The notes beneath the pieces were generated by a model. That model worked only from the letters and a program-made list of their open reading frames with translations, did not search any database and was not told the DNA's origin. From Acidobacteriota bacterium (GTDB lineage Bacteria; Acidobacteriota; Vicinamibacteria; Vicinamibacterales; CAVVIG01): 64,000 nt of DNA. Of this stretch, positions 52,319-60,620 are shown one piece after another. The stretch covers positions 4,847 through 68,846 of the forward strand of contig JAYTXA010000066.1 in assembly GCA_043743165.1 (NCBI GenBank). Reading direction: 5' to 3'. Both the position numbers and the translations under genes were made by a program. Within the stretch, counting starts at the first letter, position 1; every line of letters starts with the position of its first letter.

Positions 52319-52370
52319 CTGCCGACCTTCAGGTCGGCGACCTCGCGAACCTTCAGGTTCGCGGCTACGC
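52315..52370. repeat. REP-like double hairpin element, copy 3
   Basis: GTAGCTGCCGACCTTCAGGTCGGCGACCTCGCGAACCTTCAGGTTCGCGGCTAC. There are two TTCA-loop hairpins (GCCGACC/GGTCGGC and CGCGAACC/GGTTCGCG). The outer GTAGC/GCTAC ends are also complementary. The TAG stop of the regulator lies inside the element. Confidence 0.55.
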
Positions 52371-52384
52371 CAGCACCGAATCCC

Positions 52385-53053
52385 CTACGTCCCTATGCCG
52401 TGCTTTACGGCGTACATCGCCAGTTCCAAGCGGCTCGACATGCCGGTCTTGTCGAAGATCATCGTGAGGTGGCGCTTCACGGTCTCTTCCGAGATCGTGA
52501 GTTTCTCGGCAATGTCCTTGTTCGAGCGTCCTTCGACGACCGCTTGCACAATCTGAAGCTGACGCGCCGTGAGCGTCGTGCCGTTCGGGTCGGGCAACTG
52601 CAGTCCGCCGGGTTCGGCCATGGCCTGAACGATGTCGGTCACCGTCTGATCGCCCAGCCAGTACCTGCCGGACATGACAGCGCGGCAGGCGGTGCCGAGC
52701 CGTTCGGCCACGACGTCCTTCAGCAGGATACCGCGGGCGCCGAGCTGGAGAATTTCGAGCGTCTGGCGCCGGTCCACGGAGGCGGCCAGCACGAGGGTCT
52801 TCACGCTGGCGTTCGTGAGGCGCAGCGCACGCAGCACTTCGATGCCCGACACCTTCGGCATCGCCAGGTCGAGGAGCAGCAGGTCGGGTGTGTGCGTGCG
52901 AACCATGCCCAGCGCGGCGTCACCGTCGCTGCACTCGCCGACAATCTGGAACTCGGGAACGGCCGCGAGGATGTTACGCACGCCGATGCGGACAACCGGA
53001 TGGTCGTCAGCCACGAGCACGCGAAGCGTGTTGGCTGGGGCTGGCGGGCTCAC
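52385..53053 (-). CDS. NarL/FixJ-family response regulator (LuxR-type HTH)
   Basis: LRVLVADDHPVVRIG..LLLLDLAMP. C-terminal LTARQLQIVQAVVEGRSNKDIAEKLTISEETVKRHL. Confidence 0.9.
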   Translation of the reverse strand: MSPPAPANTLRVLVADDHPVVRIGVRNILAAVPEFQIVGECSDGDAALGMVRTHTPDLLLLDLAMPKVSGIEVLRALRLTNASVKTLVLAASVDRRQTLEILQLGARGILLKDVVAERLGTACRAVMSGRYWLGDQTVTDIVQAMAEPGGLQLPDPNGTTLTARQLQIVQAVVEGRSNKDIAEKLTISEETVKRHLTMIFDKTGMSSRLELAMYAVKHGIGT

Positions 53054-53403
53054 TGGAGATCCACCGCCAGGCGCGCGGACAGAAACCGGCGCAGAGACGC
53101 GAGTTGACGATCGATGTCATCGCAGGTGTCTGCTGTGACCTGCTCACCAGCCGCCACGCAGACCTCGATGTCGTCGAACGACGCCATCAACCCCGACGCG
53201 CCGACGATGCCACTGGCGCCCTTGGCGCGGTGCGCATGCGCCTTCACCTCGTCTGACGAAGCCGACTGCCGCATGACGGCGACACTTGCCGACACGTTGT
53301 CGAAGTAGGCCCGAAATATTTCAACCAGAGCGCTCCGCCCTTCGTCGGTGGCGGCGTCGCCCAACGCCGCGGTCTGCGCCAGGTCGAGTTCCTGCTCAGT
53401 CAC
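53050..53403 (-). CDS. Hpt (histidine phosphotransfer) domain protein
   Basis: 117 aa, four-helix pattern, with HAHRAKGASGIVGASGL (H-x-x-K-G). 4-nt overlaps with both neighbouring genes. Confidence 0.75.
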   Translation of the reverse strand: MTEQELDLAQTAALGDAATDEGRSALVEIFRAYFDNVSASVAVMRQSASSDEVKAHAHRAKGASGIVGASGLMASFDDIEVCVAAGEQVTADTCDDIDRQLASLRRFLSARLAVDLQ

Positions 53404-56048
53404 GCGACCCCCAATTGCACCTGCACGCGTGCGAGCAGTGTATCCAGTTCCTTCACCAGTGACGAGGCCAGAGACGCGTCACCCTGCTGACCTGCTGCCT
53501 CGAGCGCTCGTCCCAGCCGCGTGACGTCGGGAATGCCGTACGCCGCGCCCGTTCCCTTGAGGTCGTGTGCGATGCGCCTGAGGCGATCCATGTCTCCGTC
53601 GGCGACGAGTCCTCTGAGGTCCGCCATCTGCCGCCGCTTGTCCCGGACGTATCCGGGCACGAGGTCGGCCAGCAGCGGGTCGATGTCGAGCGGCACGGTT
53701 GCCGGCGCGTCCAGCGGCGGTCCAGCCAACTCCGCTTCCACGCTCGGCAGGACGCCCAGCCGCATGGCTGCCTCCACGGTCGAGCACAGCGTCGTCAGCC
53801 GCACCGGTTTGGCAAGGAGCATCGTGCACCCCGCTGCCACGGCGCGGTCGCGCGCTTCCGGCCCTTCGGTCCCGGTCAACGCCACGATCGGCACTCGCTG
53901 CCCGTCCTCCCGAAGCCTGATGGCCGCCGCTGTCGCGTAGCCGTCGAGCACCGGCATGTTCATGTCGAGCAGTACGAGTGCAATCGGCTGCCGGCCGAGT
54001 TGCTCCAGTGCGTCGTGCCCATTGGCCGCCTGCACGATGCGGTAGCTGTCCCTGAGACAGAGCTTCACCAGTTGCCTGATCTCGGCGGCATCATCGGCGA
54101 CGAGCACGGCCGGTCGCCGGTCGAGCCAGCGGTGGACGGTGTCGACAAGGTCGCGGCCGGCGATCGGCTTGACGACGTAGTCGTTCATGCCGGCGGCGAG
54201 GCACTGCTGGCGGAACCCTTCGACGGCGTGCGCGGTGAAGGCGACGATCGGCACCGGTTCGTCGTCGCGCAGGCGTTCGGTGTCGCGAATCGCCACGGCC
54301 GCCTGCATCCCGTCGAGCACCGGCATCTGCAGGTCCATCAGGATCAGGTCGTAATGCGTCTTGGCCGCCATGTCGACTGCCGCCTGGCCGTCCGCGGCGA
54401 TCGCGACGTGTGCGCCCGCGCTCTCGAGGAGACGCGTCGCCACGCGCTGATTCTCGGCATTGTCCTCCGCCACCAGGATACGAGGCGGCCGGTCGCTGTC
54501 GACAGTGGTCAGCGTCGGCTGGGGTGCCGGCGCGCCGTTCAGACGCGCCGCGGTGCGCTCCTCGTCGAGCGCGTCGAGCACCCGGTCGGCATGCAGCGGT
54601 TTGACGACGCAGTCCGACACGACGGCGCCGTTCAGCTGCGGCGAGGCCACGGTGCTGAGCAGCACCAGTCGCAGATCCTGGTGGGTGCGGTCGCTTTGGA
54701 TCGTGCGAATGAGCTCGAGGCCGGTCTGGTCCGGCAGGTCGTGGTCGATGACCATCGCCGCGTAGTGGCGCGTGCCGAGAGCCGTCAGGGCCTCCGCCGC
54801 CGTCGCCACCACCTGCACCTCGCAGCCGTGATACTCGAGGTGGCAGCGGATCATCCCGTGTTCGGCCTCGCCCGGCACCACCACCATCACCGGCGCGGAC
54901 GGCAGATTCGACCACCGGCGCTGACGCGTCTGCCTGGGCACGTCGTGGAGCGGCAGGCGCACCTCGAAGCGGGTGCCGTGACCGACGCGGCTCTCGACGC
55001 CGATGCTGCCGCCCATCAGGCCGATGAGCGTGCGGGTGATGCTGAGGCCGAGTCCCGTGCCCGCCACATGGTGCGTGTTGGAGCGATCGGCCTGGAAGAA
55101 CCGATCGAACACGCGCGCCTGATCGGCCTCGGCAATGCCGCGCCCGGCATCGGAGACCGAGATGCGCAGCTGCGAGCCACCGGCCGCGGCGGCGGTCTCG
55201 ACCGACACCCGCAGCACCACCGCGCCGGCGTCGGAGAACTTCACGGCGTTGCCAGTCAGGTTCGTGGCAATCTGCCGAAGCCGGTTCGGATCGCCGACGA
55301 TCTGCCGCGGCACATCGGGGTCGATCCAGCAGGTGACGCGCAGCCCCTTCGCCGTGGCCTTGATGGCCGTGGCATCGGTCACTCCCTCGAGCAGTTCCCA
55401 GACGTCGAAGGTCGACTGATCGATGTGCATCTGCCCGGCTTCGATCTCGGAGAAGTCGAGCAGATCCTTGATGAGATACAGCAAAGCGCCGGAGCTGGAG
55501 CGAACACTCTCGAGATAGTCGCGCTGCTCGCGCGTCAGCTGCGAGGCGAGCGCAAGCTCGGTCATCCCGAGGATGGCGTGCAGCGGCGTCCGGATCTCGT
55601 GGCTCATGCGGGCGAGGAACTCGCTCTTTGCCAGGTTTGCCGTCTCCGCATCGTCGCGAGCCTTGAGCAGATCGGCCATGGCGAGGCCGAGTTCGGAGAC
55701 CGAGTTGAGGTCGGTGGTCACCGGCGAGCAGAGGAAGACCATGCAGTCCTGGTCGGGCAGGTGCAGCATCTGCCCCTTCAGGCGCAGCGGACGCGCGAGC
55801 GCCTCGAGCAGCACCACGGAACGCGGATGGTCGGCCAGCGAGGCACAGTCGAAGGGAAACGCCGGCTGCACCAGGCGGAAGTGGTTGCCCAGCGGTGTCC
55901 CCGTACGCAGGCTCGGAAGCACGCGCGCCAAGGTGGCGCCCACTTGCCGGACCAACAGGTCCGGCCCGAAGACGACGTGGAACGGGAAGGCCGCCGCGAA
56001 CGCCGACGGGGGCAGGAACACCCCGAGATTCGCGTCAACGCCTGGCAT
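53400..56048 (-). CDS. hybrid sensor kinase: HNOBA-like N-terminal domain, HisKA, HATPase, three receiver(-like) domains, C-terminal Hpt
   Basis: N-terminus FPFHVVFGPDLLVRQVG..LRLKGQMLHLPDQDCMVFLCSP..ELGLAMADL (matches soluble guanylate cyclase HNOBA blocks). SHEIRTPLHAILG. GTGLGLSITR. Receivers: ILVAEDNAENQ..LILMDLQMP, VLVADDAAE..VLLDMNMP, and one degenerate. Hpt: HDLKGTGAAYG. Confidence 0.9.
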   Translation of the reverse strand: MPGVDANLGVFLPPSAFAAAFPFHVVFGPDLLVRQVGATLARVLPSLRTGTPLGNHFRLVQPAFPFDCASLADHPRSVVLLEALARPLRLKGQMLHLPDQDCMVFLCSPVTTDLNSVSELGLAMADLLKARDDAETANLAKSEFLARMSHEIRTPLHAILGMTELALASQLTREQRDYLESVRSSSGALLYLIKDLLDFSEIEAGQMHIDQSTFDVWELLEGVTDATAIKATAKGLRVTCWIDPDVPRQIVGDPNRLRQIATNLTGNAVKFSDAGAVVLRVSVETAAAAGGSQLRISVSDAGRGIAEADQARVFDRFFQADRSNTHHVAGTGLGLSITRTLIGLMGGSIGVESRVGHGTRFEVRLPLHDVPRQTRQRRWSNLPSAPVMVVVPGEAEHGMIRCHLEYHGCEVQVVATAAEALTALGTRHYAAMVIDHDLPDQTGLELIRTIQSDRTHQDLRLVLLSTVASPQLNGAVVSDCVVKPLHADRVLDALDEERTAARLNGAPAPQPTLTTVDSDRPPRILVAEDNAENQRVATRLLESAGAHVAIAADGQAAVDMAAKTHYDLILMDLQMPVLDGMQAAVAIRDTERLRDDEPVPIVAFTAHAVEGFRQQCLAAGMNDYVVKPIAGRDLVDTVHRWLDRRPAVLVADDAAEIRQLVKLCLRDSYRIVQAANGHDALEQLGRQPIALVLLDMNMPVLDGYATAAAIRLREDGQRVPIVALTGTEGPEARDRAVAAGCTMLLAKPVRLTTLCSTVEAAMRLGVLPSVEAELAGPPLDAPATVPLDIDPLLADLVPGYVRDKRRQMADLRGLVADGDMDRLRRIAHDLKGTGAAYGIPDVTRLGRALEAAGQQGDASLASSLVKELDTLLARVQVQLGVA

Positions 56049-56072
56049 AGGTCACATGAAGGCCGAACGCGC

Positions 56073-56429
56073 CTACTGCTTCGCCATCGTCAGCGAGTTG
56101 GCGGCGATGGACAGCGTGCCGGCTTTCGTCGTCACGTCACCCGTGATCTCGACCATGTGCAGCATGTGCGCGGTCAGCTTGGCGTTCTTGTTCGCTGCCA
56201 GTCCGCCAGTCACCTGGTAGACCGTGCCGTCGGAGGTGAGAAGCGCCACCGGCTTGCCGGCCTTCGCGCACTGCACCGCGCAGGTGGCGTCCGCGTCGAC
56301 CTTCTTCTCCATCAGGTAACACTCCTGATCGATCAGCTGCCCCTTCACCGTTTCGGTCTTCGCGAACGCAGGCGCGCCCATGGTGATTACAAACGCCACG
56401 ACTGCCGCGCCAACCATCACATTACGCAT
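56073..56429 (-). CDS. small secreted protein, unknown function
   Basis: 118 aa. Signal peptide MVGAAVVAFVITMGAPAFA|K, and three Cys in the mature part. It lies 25 nt upstream of the hybrid kinase on the same strand. Confidence 0.6.
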   Translation of the reverse strand: MRNVMVGAAVVAFVITMGAPAFAKTETVKGQLIDQECYLMEKKVDADATCAVQCAKAGKPVALLTSDGTVYQVTGGLAANKNAKLTAHMLHMVEITGDVTTKAGTLSIAANSLTMAKQ

Positions 56430-56500
56430 GTAGACCTCCTGGATTCCGACTGATATCGAACGGCTGCACTCGTCCGAATATATGCGAAGTCGTCGCTGGC

Positions 56501-56938
56501 CTACGGCCAGGTCAGCGCGATCCGGGGTGTGCCTGGCGTGGCCCCGGTGTTGTGCGCGTCTGCGAAGGCGGCGGGCCAGACAACGGAAGAGCGCCAGTTC
56601 AAGTGGATGCGCGGCGTCGCCTCAGGGCGGGCCGCCCGCGGCTCGCTCGCGTGCGTGTCGGCCGCACGCGACGATGACGCGGACGAGATCCGCAGACCTC
56701 CCGTCATCACCGCGGCGCCGTCGATCTTCTGCGCGATCCGATCGAAGGCCGCTTCCAGTTCGGTCATCGGCGCGCTCTTCTTTGCTGCGGCGACGGACTT
56801 CTCAGGCATCCCGGCCTTGGCCGCCTTGTCCGCCTTGTCCGCTGGCTTGGTCACCGCCGGAGCAGCCGCATGCTGCGCACCGGCCGCTACGGGGGCTGCA
56901 GCAGCCGCCAGCAGTCCCGCCAGCAGCAGGGTGCGCAT
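56501..56938 (-). CDS. secreted hypothetical protein (Ala/Lys-rich)
   Basis: MRTLLLAGLLAAAAAPVAAGAQ signal. The ATG shares 1 nt with the carbonic anhydrase stop. The C-terminal half looks low-complexity, so the true extent is uncertain. Confidence 0.4.
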   Translation of the reverse strand: MRTLLLAGLLAAAAAPVAAGAQHAAAPAVTKPADKADKAAKAGMPEKSVAAAKKSAPMTELEAAFDRIAQKIDGAAVMTGGLRISSASSSRAADTHASEPRAARPEATPRIHLNWRSSVVWPAAFADAHNTGATPGTPRIALTWP

Positions 56939-57657
56939 CAATTATGTCCCATGGTATGCGGATCGCTCGGCGCCAGCACGACCGGTTCGGAGAAGAACAC
57001 CTGGCCGCTCATCAGTTCGTAGTAGGCACCGACGAACTGCACCTTGCCCTCGCCGGCAAACTCACGAAGGATGTGCGAGCCGGCCACCATGTCGTTCAGC
57101 GTTCCTTCGACGTTGGCCAGGATGGCGGCACGCATGCGCTCCGCCTCGGGGCGCGAGGCGGTGGCCTTCACCGCGGGGCGAATGGCAGCAATCAGGTAGT
57201 CGAGGTTCGGTCCGAGCGACTGCCCCACCGGGGTATCGACGGCGGCTTTTACGGCACCGCACGACTCGTGCCCCATCACCACCACCAGCGGCACGTTGAG
57301 GTGCTCGACCGAGTACTCGAGGCTGGCGAGAATGGCTTTATCGGTGATGTTGCCTGCGGCACGCACGACGAACAGGTCGCCCAGTCCGGTGTGGAAGACG
57401 ATTTCCGGCGGCACTCGCGAGTCGGCACAGGAAAGGATCGATGCAAACGGCGCCTGCCCCCCGGCCAGCGCGGTGCGCCGCGCGCCGTCGACCGGCAGCG
57501 CGTCTTCGGGGCTGGCCACGAATCGCGCGTTGCCCGCCTTCAGCTTGGCCAGCGACACGCTGGCGGGCGAACCCGCCGCCGTCACCAGGCCGCCACTGAT
57601 CGAGAGGGTCGCGGCTACGGCAGCAGCCAGTCCCAGTACATTCCTATGCAGTCTCAT
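56938..57657 (-). CDS. beta-class carbonic anhydrase with signal peptide
   Basis: SCADSRVPPE and VMGHESCGAV zinc-ligand motifs, 239 aa. Confidence 0.9.
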   Translation of the reverse strand: MRLHRNVLGLAAAVAATLSISGGLVTAAGSPASVSLAKLKAGNARFVASPEDALPVDGARRTALAGGQAPFASILSCADSRVPPEIVFHTGLGDLFVVRAAGNITDKAILASLEYSVEHLNVPLVVVMGHESCGAVKAAVDTPVGQSLGPNLDYLIAAIRPAVKATASRPEAERMRAAILANVEGTLNDMVAGSHILREFAGEGKVQFVGAYYELMSGQVFFSEPVVLAPSDPHTMGHN

Positions 57658-57737
57658 CCGTCGATCCTCCGCGTCTCAGGAGAAATCGGCGGCGCAAGGG
57701 ATTTCCTGAGTACCCGATTCGTGGTACTCGTGAAGGT

Positions 57738-58571
57738 ATGGCGAAGCGAACCGGCCGGCAATTCGAGTACGTCCTCGGTGATCATGCGCGCGAGGCGGCG
57801 CGACTGCGTGCACAGGCGAAGCTGTGGGACCCGGTCTCGCACGCGCTGTTCGACCGCATTGGCGTGCGGCGGGGCTGGACGGTGCTGGAGGTCGGCCCCG
57901 GACAGGGGTCGCTGCACATGGAGCTGCGGCGTCGCGTTGGCGGCACCGTCGACGCGGTCGAACGCTCGGCTGCCTTTGCGTCGAAGCTGGAACGGCTGGT
58001 GCGCAAGGATGGACTCGGGCCGAGCCGCATCTTCTTCTCCGACCTGATCGACGCCGACCTGCCGGCAAACACCTACGACCTGATCTTCGCGCGGTGGGTG
58101 TTCCTGTTCCTCCCGGACCCGGCGGCGCACGTGAAGCTGCTGGCCCGCGCGCTCAAGCCGGGCGGCGTGCTCGCCATTCAGGACTATCACCGCGACACGT
58201 TCATGCTCGTACCGCGCCCGGAACGCTGGGACGACTTCATCACTGCCGACCGCGCGTTCTTCGCGTCGCAGGGGGGCAATGTCAGCATTGGCGTGCGGCT
58301 GCCCGCGATGATGCAGGCGGCGGGCCTGCGGATGTCCGGCATCGAGCAGACGACCAAGGCGGGCCATCCGGGCTCCGCCACCTGGAACTGGGTGACGAAT
58401 TACATGCTGTCGGTGGTCGACCGGCTCGACCACCGCTCGCCGTCATTCGACCGGCGTGCCGCGCTGGGGCTGAAGAAGGCCTGGCTCGAGGCTGGTGAGA
58501 ACCCGTCGACGCTGCTCATTGCGCCGTGTGTGCTCGACGTGGTGGCGAAGAAGCCGCGGCGCCGCGCGTAA
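57738..58571 (+). CDS. class I SAM-dependent methyltransferase
   Basis: 277 aa. Motif I VLEVGPGQGSL, and post-I/II blocks (YDLIFARWVFLFL, LKPGGVLAIQD). Confidence 0.8.
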   Translation: MAKRTGRQFEYVLGDHAREAARLRAQAKLWDPVSHALFDRIGVRRGWTVLEVGPGQGSLHMELRRRVGGTVDAVERSAAFASKLERLVRKDGLGPSRIFFSDLIDADLPANTYDLIFARWVFLFLPDPAAHVKLLARALKPGGVLAIQDYHRDTFMLVPRPERWDDFITADRAFFASQGGNVSIGVRLPAMMQAAGLRMSGIEQTTKAGHPGSATWNWVTNYMLSVVDRLDHRSPSFDRRAALGLKKAWLEAGENPSTLLIAPCVLDVVAKKPRRRA

Positions 58572-58656
58572 AACACGCCGTCGCACGCCACCTTCGCCTC
58601 GCGAATGACCACGCGCGCCGCTTCGCCAACGGCGATCGAGTCTTCGTCGGGCTGGT

Positions 58657-59004
58657 TCAACGCCCCAACATGATGTCGATGCCGTGAAGGATCTGCGCGC
58701 GCGGTTTCGACCCTAAGCGCCCAAGCCGCTCCGTGAGGACAGACCGGTCGAGTGCGATGATCTGTGACACGTTGGCCACCGAGTCTTTCGGTAATCCGGT
58801 CGCCTTGCTCGTGAGCAGCACGTTGCCCGGTGCGGCGGCCCAGACCGTGTTGCTGGTCAGTGGCACGCACACCACCGTCGCGATGCGACTTCGATTCAGG
58901 GGGTTGCCCTGGACCACGACCACCGGACGTCGAAAGCCGGGGCCCGAGCCCGCGGGTTCTGGCAGATCCGCCCACCACACGTCCCCTTGCGCGACGTCTA
59001 CCAC
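58657..59004 (-). CDS. mazF: PemK/MazF-family toxin
   Basis: VAQGDVWWADLPEP..RPVVVVQ..VVCVPLTS..VANVSQIIALDRS. GTG start overlapping the antitoxin end. Confidence 0.85.
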   Translation of the reverse strand: MVDVAQGDVWWADLPEPAGSGPGFRRPVVVVQGNPLNRSRIATVVCVPLTSNTVWAAAPGNVLLTSKATGLPKDSVANVSQIIALDRSVLTERLGRLGSKPRAQILHGIDIMLGR

Positions 59005-59237
59005 TCCACGTTCCTCAGCATGCGCCGACCGGCGTGGCGTACGAACGAATCCGCCGCGGTGTCGCCGAGTTCATCGACGACGACGTTCATGGCTTCGGTT
59101 ACTTCGTCCGGGGCGTGTCGGGCGAGGTATTCAGCCAACGCTTCGGCATACAACTGACTCCGAGACTTCCGCGTCCGCCTTGCATAGCCTTCGGCTTCGC
59201 GGTACACCCGATCAGGCAACGATACGGCGGTTTTCAT
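58998..59237 (-). CDS. ribbon-helix-helix (CopG/MazE-like) antitoxin
   Basis: [38 protein letters not shown] (RHH pattern). The track ORF extends spuriously to 59285. Confidence 0.75.
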   Translation of the reverse strand: MKTAVSLPDRVYREAEGYARRTRKSRSQLYAEALAEYLARHAPDEVTEAMNVVVDELGDTAADSFVRHAGRRMLRNVEW

Positions 59238-59292
59238 ACCATTAGTATAACCGCTGTTCGTCGGGCACAGGTCACAACGCGGCACCAGCGCG

Positions 59293-59749
59293 TCAACTGG
59301 CGCGAGGCTGCACGCGGGTGCCTGTCGCGATCGTGTCGCCCGGGTGCAGAATCAAGACGGCTCCAGGCTCGAGTCCGCCGGTGACTTCGGCCTCCTGCCC
59401 GTTCTGGTGTCCGAGGGTCACCGGCCTCGGCACGGCTCGACCATTGCTCACCACGAACACCGCCCACCGCCGCGCCGGTGCGCAGCAGCGCGGCGGTGGG
59501 CACTACCGAGCCCGAGGTTGGCACATCGAGCCCGCCGAGGATGTTCAGCAGTGTCGACTTACCCGAAGACGAGGGACCGAGCAGGACGATGAACTCGCCT
59601 TCGTAGAGCTCGAAGTCGACGCCGCGCAGCGCCTCGACCGTGACCTCGCCCATCGTGTAGACCTTGCGGAGGCCACGGGCCAGGAAGACCGGTTCGCTGG
59701 GCGGTGCGTCGGGCATGGGGGCGCTGAGCCGACCGGCGGGGTCACCCAT
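59293..59749 (-). pseudogene. chimeric remnant: N-terminus of a MacB/LolD-type ABC ATPase fused to the C-terminus of an efflux membrane-fusion protein
   Basis: [62 protein letters not shown] runs directly into [15 protein letters not shown]. After a frame shift it continues as [51 protein letters not shown] (MFP C-terminal pattern). Own translation. Confidence 0.6.
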
Positions 59750-59770
59750 GTCCTTGGACTGAGCTGTTAC

Positions 59771-60254
59771 CTATCTCTCCGACCGTTCAATTCCGCGTCC
59801 AAGCAGGCGAGCCTCTACGAACGCGTGCGCCTCGACCGCGGACGTGAACACGTGCGCTCCGGCTTGACGCGCGCCCGGCGATGGTGGCATCCAGTCTGGA
59901 ACCAGTAGCGCGAGCATTCCCGCAGAGGAGGCGGCTACAACGCCAGCTTCCGAGTCCTCGAGAGCGACGCAGTGCTGTGGCGCGGCGCCGAGCTTGCGTG
60001 CCGCGGTCAGATAGATGTCGGGCGCGGGTTTGCCCCGCTCGATCTGACCCTGTGACGACCGCTTGGAATGTGTCGGACAAGCCGGCCTGCCCCAAGCTAA
60101 ATTCCGTGAAGGGCCGGCCCACCAGCGTCGAGTAGGTTGCGTCGTCCAGATCGCACCCGAGCTCGCGGCAGCCCAATTGCCACGCCACCTTGTAGAGCGG
60201 CTCGGTGTCGAGCATCAGTCCGTCCATGTCGAACACGACCGCGTCGATTCTCAC
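59771..60254 (-). pseudogene. decayed HAD-superfamily (beta-phosphoglucomutase-like) hydrolase
   Basis: Motif I AVVFDMDGLMLDTEPLY is in one frame. GQIERGKPAPDIYLTAARKLGAAPQHCVALEDSEAGVVAASSAGM is in another frame (shift near 60041-60059). The cap/motif II region appears about 60 aa too short. Confidence 0.65.
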
Positions 60255-60392
60255 TCCATGCCCTTCTACGAGTGTGTCTGGCCAACGCCCGCTTCACCAG
60301 CGGCCGCTCATGATTGCGCTTGATGCCGTCTGGTGCGACGCGATATTGGGCAGCATCTCGCGTGCTAGCATAGTGCCAGCAGAGGAGATGAC

Positions 60393-60620
60393 ATGCCAAC
60401 AATTACCGTCCGCAATGTCCCGCCGAAGGTCGTGCAATCTCTGAAAGCGCTGGCCAAACGCCACAACCGATCCATGGAACAGGAAGTGCGCGACCTCCTG
60501 GAAGGATACGTGGTGGAACGGCGGGCCATCCTCGACCAGATTGAGGCCGGCTGGCAGCGGCACACCCGGCGACCGACGGCCGCCGAGGTCGATGCCTGGA
60601 TGGCCGTTGGACGACCGTGA
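60393..60620 (+). CDS. vapB: VapB/FitA-like antitoxin
   Basis: MPTITVRNVPPKVVQSLKALAKRHNRSMEQEVRDLL, 75 aa. It overlaps the downstream PIN gene by 4 nt. Confidence 0.8.
   Translation: MPTITVRNVPPKVVQSLKALAKRHNRSMEQEVRDLLEGYVVERRAILDQIEAGWQRHTRRPTAAEVDAWMAVGRP

Noticed and set aside
53565-56453. Very long ORFs opposite or out of frame to confident genes. Examples: 53565..56453(+), 50162..52213(-), 61636..63768(-), 20181..22142(-), 28345..30201(-), 4050..5525(-), 32420..35023(-), 32371..34224(+), 40867..42369(-), 12881..14326(-), 56482..58047(+), 48320..50086(-).
   Set aside because: All overlap genes with unmistakable family motifs on the other strand or frame. Their translations are dominated by R/G/A/H/P with no recognisable domains. 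They are treated as GC-driven artefacts.
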